DNA of 64,000 bases, taken from an uncultured Chryseobacterium sp. (GTDB lineage: Bacteria; Bacteroidota; Bacteroidia; Palsa-965). Below are positions 19,799-27,797 of this stretch, piece after piece. The number at the start of each line of letters is the position of its first letter. Position 1 is the stretch's first letter. The position numbers and the translations under genes are program-made. The stretch spans positions 44,081 to 108,080 of the forward strand of contig CBIHOC010000016.1 in assembly GCA_966211705.1 (NCBI GenBank). The letters run 5' to 3'. The notes below the pieces were generated by a model, which had not been told where the DNA came from, made no database searches, and was given only the letters and a program-made list of their open reading frames with translations.

Positions 19799-19956
19799 AA
19801 ATTGCTACAGTCTTTGCGTTGATTATTCCGCGTCCGGCAACTCGTTCAACCTTACCGCAGGTGTGCAATTGACGTGTAAAAGTAAGGATTTCCGGGTGAT
19901 GGGGAAGCCCCGGATCGCGCGCTGTCCGTTTTCCTGATAATGCTCATCTTTACGGC

Positions 19957-21141
19957 ATGCAGCAGATTTCGCTGTTCCGGCTTTTTCTCGTTTTCCTGAA
20001 GATCGGCGCCACCGCTTTCGGGGGAAATATCGCGCTGGTTGCCGCCATGCGGAAGGATCTCTGTGAACGGCGCAAATTGATCACCGACGAACAGGTGCTC
20101 GATTTCACGACGCTGGGCAATTTGCTTCCCGGTCCGCTGGCCACGAACGTGATCACCGCATGCGGGTATGCCATTCACGGAATGGCAGGCGCAATTGCCG
20201 GGCTGATCGGCGTGCTGCTTCCGTCGTTCGTCCTCATGTGCGTGCTCGCGGACCTGTATTTCCGTTACGGCGAGCTGCCGCTGCTCACCGACATCTTCGG
20301 AGGTCTCATCGCCGCGGTTGCGGCAGTGATCACGGCAACGGTATGGTCGCTCGCCAAAAAGAACGTCACAGGATTACCGCACGGCATCATCCTGCTCGGT
20401 GCGGCCGCGGCCATATTTTTCCTGAAAGGTTTTCTCGTCACGCTTGCTGTGATCGTCGTTGCCGGCGTCAGCGGGTATCTTCTTTTTTCAAAAAGAACAA
20501 CGGTGGAAGACTTGCCGCGCGTTCCCCCGGGAAATCCGCGCATGCCCGTTCTTGTGATCGGTTCGATCGTTATCGCGGGATTGCTCGTTTATCTTTTCCG
20601 CCCGGGTTCGCTTTTCCTGCAGGAGCTGCGCATGCTGGCCCTCACGTTCGGCACGATGAGCGTGACGCTGTTCGGCGGTGGTTACGTTTTTATTCCCGCC
20701 ATTGAAAAAGTTGTTGTGGGCGCGCATGGCTGGGTGACGTCGCGGGAGTTTGCAGACGGCATTGCGATGGGGCAGGTGACGCCGGGCCCCGTGGCGATCA
20801 GCGCTGCGTTCGTGGGATGGAAAGTGGCGGGTTTCTGGGGCGCGCTCGTTTCCACGATCGGCATCTTCGTTCCGCCTGCGCTGCTCATGCTTCCCGCGCA
20901 CCAGCTGATCGACCGCATCAAAAGCCGCCCCGGAGTAGAAGCGGTGTTCAAAGGCGTGCGCCCCGCAGTGATCGGGATGATCCTCGCATCGGTATGGGTG
21001 ATCGGGAAAAGCGCGCCGCAGGATTGGCAGTCGCTGGTGATCTTCGCCGTGGTGCTTGCGCTTTCGCTCTGGAAAGATTTCGACACGGCAATCCTTTTCC
21101 CCCTTGCCGGCTTGCTCGGCTGGCTGCTGCATTTGATGTGA
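19957..21141 (+). CDS. chrA: Chromate efflux transporter (long-chain CHR)
   Basis: FLKIGATAFGG, LLPGP, FGGG and GQVTPGP in two homologous halves. Confidence 0.9.
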   Translation: MQQISLFRLFLVFLKIGATAFGGNIALVAAMRKDLCERRKLITDEQVLDFTTLGNLLPGPLATNVITACGYAIHGMAGAIAGLIGVLLPSFVLMCVLADLYFRYGELPLLTDIFGGLIAAVAAVITATVWSLAKKNVTGLPHGIILLGAAAAIFFLKGFLVTLAVIVVAGVSGYLLFSKRTTVEDLPRVPPGNPRMPVLVIGSIVIAGLLVYLFRPGSLFLQELRMLALTFGTMSVTLFGGGYVFIPAIEKVVVGAHGWVTSREFADGIAMGQVTPGPVAISAAFVGWKVAGFWGALVSTIGIFVPPALLMLPAHQLIDRIKSRPGVEAVFKGVRPAVIGMILASVWVIGKSAPQDWQSLVIFAVVLALSLWKDFDTAILFPLAGLLGWLLHLM

Positions 21142-21406
21142 TGTGCAAATGTGTGGATGTGCAGGTGTGCAAATGTGCAGGTGTGCAAATGTGCAGGTGT
21201 GCAAATGTGCAGGTGTGCAAATGTGCAGGTGTGCAAATGCGTGGATGTGCAAATGAAAATGTGTCGTTCGCCGCGGCCGATGCGCACAGGCTCCCGCAAA
21301 GCTTAGATATTAGGTCTTAGGTGTTAGGAGAAATGTGTACCTAAAACCTAAGTCCTAAAACCTATGACCTCCATTTGCACACCTGCATATCAGCACATTT
21401 GCACAT
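21142..21406. repeat. TGTGCAGG-TGTGCAAA array (family 4) enclosing a family 3 element
   Basis: Five perfect 16-mers at 21158-21237, an inverted remnant at 21372-21406, and a TTAGG/CCTAA palindrome at 21302-21370 between them. Confidence 0.92.
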
Positions 21407-21432
21407 TATTTTTTCCGTAGCTTTAAAGTATC

Positions 21433-22458
21433 ATGTTTTCAAAATGGAAATTCGCATTTCGTGTTGCCCGGCGCGTGACGCCGCGGCGGGCGTGGAATGC
21501 GCTGCTGGTGTGGACGGGGTTCTGGTATTCGCGCCTCACGAAAAAGCCCGCGCAGTGGGGATTGCCCATCAGCGTTTCCATCGAGCCGACCACGTCGTGC
21601 AACCTGCGCTGCCCTGAATGCCCGAGCGGGCTCCGCCAATTTTCCCGGCCCACGGGCATGCTGGACCGTGAGTTCTTCAACCGCACGATCGACCAGCTCA
21701 GTCCGCACCTGCTTTACCTCACGTTTTATTTCCAGGGCGAGCCCTATCTCAACCCCGCGTTTCTCGACATGGTGAAATACGCCGCGTCGAAGCACGTATT
21801 CACCTCCACCTCCACGAACGCACATTACCTCGACGACGCAACTGCAAAACGGACCGTAGAATCGGGCCTCGACCGCCTCATCATTTCAATCGACGGTACC
21901 ACGCAGGAAACGTACGCCGCATACCGGATCGGCGGAAAGCTCGACAAGGTGATCGAAGGCACAAAAAACATCGTGAAGTGGAAAAAGCAATTGCGCTCAT
22001 CCACGCCCCATGTTGTTTTCCAGTTCCTTGTTGTGAAGCCGAATGAGCACCAGGTAAAAGAGGTAAGGCGGCTCGCGGAAAAGCTGGATGTGGATGAGGT
22101 ACTGCTGAAAACCGCGCAGGTGTACGAATACGAGAACGGCCACGAATTGATTCCCGGCAACGAAGAATATTCCCGCTACCGCCAGAAAACCGACGGCACC
22201 TGGGAAGTGAAGAACGAGCTGGAAGATCATTGCTGGAAAATGTGGCATTCCTGCGTGATCACGTGGGACGGCGCCGTGGTGCCGTGCTGTTTCGACAAAG
22301 ACGCCACCCACAAGCTGGGCATGCTGCGCAATTTCCCGATGAAACAGATCTGGTTCAGCGAACCCTACCGGAATTTCCGCGCCGCGGTTTTAAAAGGACG
22401 CAGGGAAATCGACATCTGCAGGAATTGTTCGGAAGGGACGAATGTGTGGGCGGATTGA
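21433..22458 (+). CDS. Radical SAM/SPASM domain protein
   Basis: CNLRCPEC cluster motif and a C-terminal C...PCCFD...CRNC SPASM pattern. Confidence 0.88.
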   Translation: MFSKWKFAFRVARRVTPRRAWNALLVWTGFWYSRLTKKPAQWGLPISVSIEPTTSCNLRCPECPSGLRQFSRPTGMLDREFFNRTIDQLSPHLLYLTFYFQGEPYLNPAFLDMVKYAASKHVFTSTSTNAHYLDDATAKRTVESGLDRLIISIDGTTQETYAAYRIGGKLDKVIEGTKNIVKWKKQLRSSTPHVVFQFLVVKPNEHQVKEVRRLAEKLDVDEVLLKTAQVYEYENGHELIPGNEEYSRYRQKTDGTWEVKNELEDHCWKMWHSCVITWDGAVVPCCFDKDATHKLGMLRNFPMKQIWFSEPYRNFRAAVLKGRREIDICRNCSEGTNVWAD

Positions 22459-22572
22459 AAATGGGCGGGTGATCAAATGGGTGATTGGTGGTTTTGCGGA
22501 ATTGTTTTTTTGGATCACATGGGTTTGTTTTTTTACGATTGTTTGGTTTTTTAAATCGGTGATCGGTGGTTT

Positions 22573-22621
22573 CACGGTTATAGGGGCACGATGCATCGTG
22601 CCCCTATAACCGTGCCCCTAC
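22573..22621. repeat. REP palindrome adjacent to the RAYT
   Basis: Perfect 42-bp palindrome at 22573-22614 centred on GGGGCACGATGCATCGTGCCCC, plus an overlapping CGTGCCCCTAC half-site. Confidence 0.9.
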
Positions 22622-22664
22622 AACAACAATTTTATATATTTGCCACCCATTTTATTTATATCAT

Positions 22665-23249
22665 ATGAACGACGTTATACGACCGTCCAGGAAAATGATT
22701 CGGTTGCAGGGATATGATTACGCCACGAACGGCGCATATTTTATTACGATCTGCAGTCACAAACGACAGCAAACGTTTTCGAAAATCATCAACAACACGG
22801 TAGAATTATCACCACTGGGAATTTTTATTCGGGATGAATGGGAAAAAACCACCGCGATCCGCGGATATGTAACCGTTACCGAATCCATCATCATGCCCAA
22901 CCATTTCCACGGCATCCTGTTTATCCACGAACACGCCGGCGAACCCGGACATCTTCCGCAAACCGGCAACCATCTTTATTTCCCCGAAGGCTATCGCAAC
23001 AAATTCGGACCGCAGAAACGGAATCTTTCCTCCATTGTGCGCGGGTTCAAATCGGCAGTTACGCAGCGTGCCAGATTTTCGGGAATTCCCGGGAAGATCT
23101 GGCAACGGAATTTCTATGAGCATATCATACGCAACGAGCAGGAATTATCCCGCATCGCGTGTTACATCAACAACAACCCGTTTGCCTGGAATGAAGATGA
23201 AGAAGCGCCGGGCGACCGCCTGCGCCAGGAGATGAAAAGTGCAGCATAA
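22665..23249 (+). mobile_element. REP-associated tyrosine transposase (Y1 HUH family)
   Basis: RLQGYDY...YFITIC, HUH motif MPNHFHGI, WQRNFYEHIIRN and catalytic Tyr in YINNNP. Promoter box TATATTTG at 22635. Confidence 0.9.
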
Positions 23250-23284
23250 AAAAAGCCGCCCCGGTACCCGGGACGGCTTTTTTT
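23247..23284. terminator. Bidirectional terminator between the RAYT and frr
   Basis: A-run, AGCCGCCCCGG-TAC-CCGGGACGGCT, T-run. Confidence 0.85.
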
Positions 23285-23305
23285 GAATTCGTGAGACCGT
23301 ATTCT

Positions 23306-23869
23306 TCAGACGGTCATGATCTCTTTCTCTTTCGTTTCGAGATGCTTTTCCACTTTCGCGGTGTAGGCGTCGGTCATCTGCTGGATCTTTGCTTCGGCTT
23401 CCTTTCCTTCGTCTTCGGGAAGACCGGCTTTGATCATCTTCTTCACTTCTTCGTTTGCATCGCGGCGTGCGTTGCGGACGCTGACTTTTGCGTGTTCGCC
23501 TTCTTCCTTTGCTTTTTTGACGAGCGCTTTACGGCGTTCTTCCGTCATCGGCGGTATGGAGCAGATGAGCATGATGCCGTTGTTGGTCGGGTTAAAGCCG
23601 AGGTTTGCAGCCTGGATGGCGCGCAGGATGGGGTCGAGCATGCCTTTTTCCCAGGGCTGAACGGAAATGGTGCGTGCGTCGGGCGTGTTGACGTTGGCCA
23701 CCTGGTTGAGCGGCGTGTTCGTGCCGTAATAGTCAACCATGATGCCGTCGAGCATGCTCGCGTTCGCACGGCCGCCGCGGATCTTGACGAGCTCGGCTTC
23801 CAGGTGTTGCACCGAAGACATCATGGATTCTTCAGTGGTATCGATGATCAGCTTTACTTCTTCGTTCAT
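23306..23869 (-). CDS. frr: Ribosome recycling factor
   Basis: KIRGGRAN, PLNQVANV, PPMTEERRK and VRNARR motifs. Confidence 0.96.
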   Translation of the reverse strand: MNEEVKLIIDTTEESMMSSVQHLEAELVKIRGGRANASMLDGIMVDYYGTNTPLNQVANVNTPDARTISVQPWEKGMLDPILRAIQAANLGFNPTNNGIMLICSIPPMTEERRKALVKKAKEEGEHAKVSVRNARRDANEEVKKMIKAGLPEDEGKEAEAKIQQMTDAYTAKVEKHLETKEKEIMTV

Positions 23870-23885
23870 GGCGCTAAAATAATGA

Positions 23886-24030
23886 AAAAGGGACGAGGGG
23901 ACGAAAAAGGGACTAGGGACGGAAAAGGGGACGGGGAACGGAAAAGGGGACGAGGGATGAGGGGCGGTTGGCGGGGGCGGTTGGCAGTCGCGGTTGATGG
24001 GAGGGACGAAAAGGGACGAAGGACGAAGGA
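23886..24030. repeat. AGGGACG purine-rich heptamer tract (family 6)
   Basis: At least 12 runs of 3 or more G on the + strand, between pyrH and frr. Confidence 0.8.
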
Positions 24031-24068
24031 GATACTCCGTCGTTCACGGGTCCACTTCTTTTCTCGTT

Positions 24069-24776
24069 CTAAAATCCTACGAGCGTTCCTACCTGTTCGC
24101 CGATGACGACCTTTTTCAGGTTGCCGGGCTTGTTCATGTCGAACACGATGATGGGGAGCTTGTTCTCGTTGCAGAGCGTGAATGCCGTCATGTCCATTAC
24201 GTTGAGGTTCTTCTCGTAAACTTCGTTGAACGTAATGGTTTCGAATTTCGTGGCGGTTTTGTCCTTTTCAGGATCGGCGGTGTAGATGCCGTCGACGCGC
24301 GTTCCTTTCAGCACCACGTTGGCTTCGATCTCGATGGCGCGCAGTGATGCTGCGGTGTCGGTGGTGAAATAGGGGTTGCCGGTGCCGGCGCCGAAGATGA
24401 CGACGCGGCCTTTCTCGAGGTGACGTACTGCGCGGCGGCGGATGAACGGCTCGCTGATCTGCTTCATTTCAATGGCGGACTGCAGGCGCGTGGCCACGTC
24501 GATCTTTTCGAGGGCAGCCTGCAGCGCCATGCTGTTGATCATCGTGGCGAGCATGCCCATGTAATCGCCCTGCACGCGGTCCATCCCGCCGTCGACGGCC
24601 TGGATGCCGCGGAAAATATTCCCGCCGCCGATCACGATCGCAACTTCCACACCGGCGTCGACCACGGTTTTGATCTCCTGCGCATACCGGCCGAGGATTT
24701 CATGGTCGATGCCGAACTGTTTGTCGCCCATCAGGGCTTCGCCGCTCAGCTTGAGAAGAATGCGTTTGTATTTCAT
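24069..24776 (-). CDS. pyrH: UMP kinase
   Basis: [28 protein letters not shown] and [11 protein letters not shown] motifs. Confidence 0.97.
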   Translation of the reverse strand: MKYKRILLKLSGEALMGDKQFGIDHEILGRYAQEIKTVVDAGVEVAIVIGGGNIFRGIQAVDGGMDRVQGDYMGMLATMINSMALQAALEKIDVATRLQSAIEMKQISEPFIRRRAVRHLEKGRVVIFGAGTGNPYFTTDTAASLRAIEIEANVVLKGTRVDGIYTADPEKDKTATKFETITFNEVYEKNLNVMDMTAFTLCNENKLPIIVFDMNKPGNLKKVVIGEQVGTLVGF

Positions 24777-24798
24777 GGCGCGTGGGTTTTAACAGGGC

Positions 24799-24826
24799 AA
24801 AAAAATCCCCCGGTTGAGCCGGGGGA
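24799..24826 (-). terminator. Intrinsic terminator after tsf
   Basis: TCCCCCGG/CCGGGGGA stem followed by 7 T on the minus strand. Confidence 0.75.
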
Positions 24827-24836
24827 AGGAAATGAA

Positions 24837-25658
24837 TTATCCGAGGATGATCCGCTTGAAGCCGGTGACCGTCAATTCTTTGTCCGTTTCCTGGAGGTAT
24901 TGGCGGATCGATTTCTTGGCATCCTTGATGAACTCCTGGTTGAGGAGCGTGGATTCTTTGTAGAACTTGTTGACTTTGCCCTGGGCGATCTTCTCGACCA
25001 TGTCTTCGGGCTTGCCTTCAGCGCGTACCTGCTCACGTGCGATGTCAAGCTCGCGCTCGAGCATCGTTGCATCGACATCGTCTTTGTCGACGGCTACAGG
25101 GGCCATTGCGGCAACCTGCATGGCAACGTTCTTCGCCACTTCGTCGCTGGTTTCTTTGTTGAAGCCGACGATGCAGGCGAGGCGGTTGCCCGGGTGGTTG
25201 TAAGCGACAACTTTGGAGGCAGAGATCTGCTCGTACTTCGAGAGTTCGATCTTCTCACCGATCTTGCCGACCATGTCGATGACTTTTTCACCGAGCGTCG
25301 TGCCTTCGAAAGGAAGCGCGAGCAGCGCGGTGAGGTCAGCGGGCTTGTTCTCGAGAGCGAGCGTAGCCATGGCGTCGGCGGTTTTCGCGAAGTCTTCGTT
25401 TTTTGCAACGAAGTCGGTTTCACAGTTGAGGGAAATGACAATGCCGAAGGTCCCGGTGGTCTTTGCGATTACCTGTCCTTCTTTTGCATCGCGGTCGCTG
25501 CGGTTGGCGGCGACTTTCTGTCCTTTTTTGCGGAGCAGGTCAATAGCAGCTTCGAAATCGCCATCGGTCTCGGTCAGCGCTTTTTTACAATCCATCATGC
25601 CCGCGCCCGTCATGGTGCGGAGCTTGTTCACGTCAGATGCAGTGATCGTAACGGCCAT
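24837..25658 (-). CDS. tsf: Elongation factor Ts
   Basis: TGAGMMDCKKAL, NCETDFVA and LLNQEFIKD motifs. Confidence 0.97.
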   Translation of the reverse strand: MAVTITASDVNKLRTMTGAGMMDCKKALTETDGDFEAAIDLLRKKGQKVAANRSDRDAKEGQVIAKTTGTFGIVISLNCETDFVAKNEDFAKTADAMATLALENKPADLTALLALPFEGTTLGEKVIDMVGKIGEKIELSKYEQISASKVVAYNHPGNRLACIVGFNKETSDEVAKNVAMQVAAMAPVAVDKDDVDATMLERELDIAREQVRAEGKPEDMVEKIAQGKVNKFYKESTLLNQEFIKDAKKSIRQYLQETDKELTVTGFKRIILG

Positions 25659-25699
25659 ATCAGTAAAAATAAAATCGGTTAATACTAAGCGAAGGTTGC

Positions 25700-26620
25700 T
25701 TACGCGCGGGTCGGGCGACGGGGGCCGCCGCCTGTTCCGCCACGCGGGCCGCCACGGCCTTGTGTGCCGGGTTTGCCCGGGACGCCCGGTTTGCCGGGTC
25801 CGCGGCGTGCGGGTGCGCCGGGTTTGCGCGGTGCATCGGAGCCTTCTTCTTCTTCGCCTTCCGCGTAAGCGCGTGCTGAACGCTGCTCGTCGGTGAGGTC
25901 TTTATCTTCTTCGTCGGCTTTGTCCTTATCGAGCTTGCGTTCATCGAGACCTTCTGCGATGGATTTGCAGACGATTTCCATGATGAGCTTGATGGAGGTG
26001 GAAGCGTCGTCGTTGGCCGGGATCGCGTGATCCACTTTGCCGGGATCGGCGTTGGTATCGACGATGGCGAAGGTCGGGATGCCGAGGCGTTTTGCTTCAG
26101 CGACCGCGATGTGTTCTTTCACGATATCGACGATGAAGATGGCCGCGGGAAGGCGGGTCAGGTCGGCGATAGAACCAAGGTTGTGCTCGAGCTTGGCGCG
26201 TTCGCGGGAAAGCATGAGCTTTTCTTTCTTGGACAGGTTTTCGAAGGTACCGTCGGTAGCCATCTTGTCGATGCTTGCCATCTTGCGGACCGCCTTGCGG
26301 ATGGTCGCGAAGTTGGTGAGCATTCCGCCGGGCCAGCGCTCGGTGACGTAGGGCATGCCTACGCCTTTCACACGTTCTGCAACGATGTCTTTCGCCTGCT
26401 TTTTGGTGGCGACGAAAAGGATCTTCTTGCCGGAGCGGGTGATCGATTTGAGCGCGTTGCACGCTTCGTCGATCTTGACAACGGTTTTATTGAGGTCGAT
26501 AATGTGGATACCGTTCTTCTCGGTGAAGATGTACGGAGCCATTGCGGGATTCCACTTGCGTTTGAGGTGGCCGAAATGGGCGCCTGATTCGAGCAGCTCG
26601 TTGAAGGATGTTCTTGACAT
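25700..26620 (-). CDS. rpsB: 30S ribosomal protein S2 with a long C-terminal tail
   Basis: GAHFGH...WNPAM, RWPGGMLTNF and IPANDDA motifs. Confidence 0.97.
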   Translation of the reverse strand: MSRTSFNELLESGAHFGHLKRKWNPAMAPYIFTEKNGIHIIDLNKTVVKIDEACNALKSITRSGKKILFVATKKQAKDIVAERVKGVGMPYVTERWPGGMLTNFATIRKAVRKMASIDKMATDGTFENLSKKEKLMLSRERAKLEHNLGSIADLTRLPAAIFIVDIVKEHIAVAEAKRLGIPTFAIVDTNADPGKVDHAIPANDDASTSIKLIMEIVCKSIAEGLDERKLDKDKADEEDKDLTDEQRSARAYAEGEEEEGSDAPRKPGAPARRGPGKPGVPGKPGTQGRGGPRGGTGGGPRRPTRA

Positions 26621-26655
26621 GTACTTCGACTATGATAAGTTGATAAGGTTCTGGA

Positions 26656-27042
26656 TTAACGTTTGCTGAACTGGAAGCGACGGCGAGCTTTGCGGCGGCC
26701 GAACTTCTTGCGTTCAACCATGCGCGGGTCGCGGGTCATCAGGCCATCAGCGCGCAGCTTCGGCTTGAGCTCGACGTCGATTTCCACGAGTGCGCGGGAG
26801 ATCGCGAGGCGGATCGCTTCGGCCTGGCCGGTAACGCCACCGCCTTCAACGTTCACTTTAATGTCGTACTGGCCCATGTTGTTGGTCAGCGCGAGGCCCT
26901 GGGTGACTTTGTTCTGGAGCACTTCCGTGGGGAAGTAATCCTTCAGGTCACGGTTGTTGATGGTGATTTCGCCTTTTCCGCGCTCCATATAAATACGGGC
27001 GATTGCGGTTTTGCGGCGGCCAAGTTTGTTGATGACTTCCAT
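26656..27042 (-). CDS. rpsI: 30S ribosomal protein S9
   Basis: GRRKTAIAR, GGGVTGQA and ERKKFG...QFSKR motifs. Confidence 0.97.
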   Translation of the reverse strand: MEVINKLGRRKTAIARIYMERGKGEITINNRDLKDYFPTEVLQNKVTQGLALTNNMGQYDIKVNVEGGGVTGQAEAIRLAISRALVEIDVELKPKLRADGLMTRDPRMVERKKFGRRKARRRFQFSKR

Positions 27043-27506
27043 TACTTGCGCTCTTTAACGGTATTGAGGTCGATTTTCTTCGGGTTTTGTGCTTCGTGCT
27101 TGTGGCCTTCACCGGCGTAGACGAATACGTTGCGCTTGAGGCGCTCGCCCAGCCTGGTCTTCGGCAACATGCGGCCGATCGCCAGCTCGAGGATGCGCTC
27201 CGGGTGCGAAGCCATCAGCTCCTTGGGCGTAACAAAACGCTGTCCGCCCGGGTAACCCGTGTAGCGGGTGTACACCTTGTCGTCCATCTTGTTGCCGGAG
27301 AAACGCACTTTATCGGCGTTGATGATCACGACGTTGTCGCCGCAGTCCACGTGAGGGGTGTAGGAGGTCTTGTGCTTGCCACGGACCAGGTACGCCACTT
27401 TGGATGCAAGGCGGCCGACCGTCTCGTTCTCGGCATCTACCAGCAACCAGTCTTTTTTTACCGCCGCCTTGTTGGTCGAAACGGTTTTGTAAGATAAGGT
27501 ATCCAC
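27042..27506 (-). CDS. rplM: 50S ribosomal protein L13
   Basis: GTG start; GRLAS, GKHK..YTPHVDCGD and TGYPGG motifs. Confidence 0.97.
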   Translation of the reverse strand: MDTLSYKTVSTNKAAVKKDWLLVDAENETVGRLASKVAYLVRGKHKTSYTPHVDCGDNVVIINADKVRFSGNKMDDKVYTRYTGYPGGQRFVTPKELMASHPERILELAIGRMLPKTRLGERLKRNVFVYAGEGHKHEAQNPKKIDLNTVKERK

Positions 27507-27562
27507 TTGATTATCAGTTGAATAATATTGCGTTCTGCTGAATTGTCCCTTTTATGGGGCTG

Positions 27563-27593
27563 CGAAGATAAACACAATATTTGTCCTGACAAA
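27563..27593 (-). promoter_or_regulatory. Promoter of the rplM operon
   Basis: TTTG-19 nt-TATCTTCG on the minus strand. Confidence 0.65.
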
Positions 27594-27797
27594 CTTATGC
27601 ACAAATAAAATGTTGAAAAGAGAAGGCGAAAATACCCTCTTTTACCCGGAAATACGCCGTTCCGGTGACAAAACAGGCAGCTAATCGCGTCGTTTTGGAG
27701 GATAAAGGCGTTTTTAAAACCGGGCCTCATTCGATGAAGCAATGGCTTTTGTCGACGAGCAATTGCTCCTATGGGTTTTTTCCGTAAAATCGTTGTT

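Noticed and set aside
21158-21237. Possible CRISPR array
   Set aside because: The 16-bp units are contiguous with no spacers, and no cas genes are present.
20488-21320. ORFs with HLHICTPA or VQVCKCAG repeats
   Set aside because: They are translations of the TGTGCA DNA array, not credible proteins.
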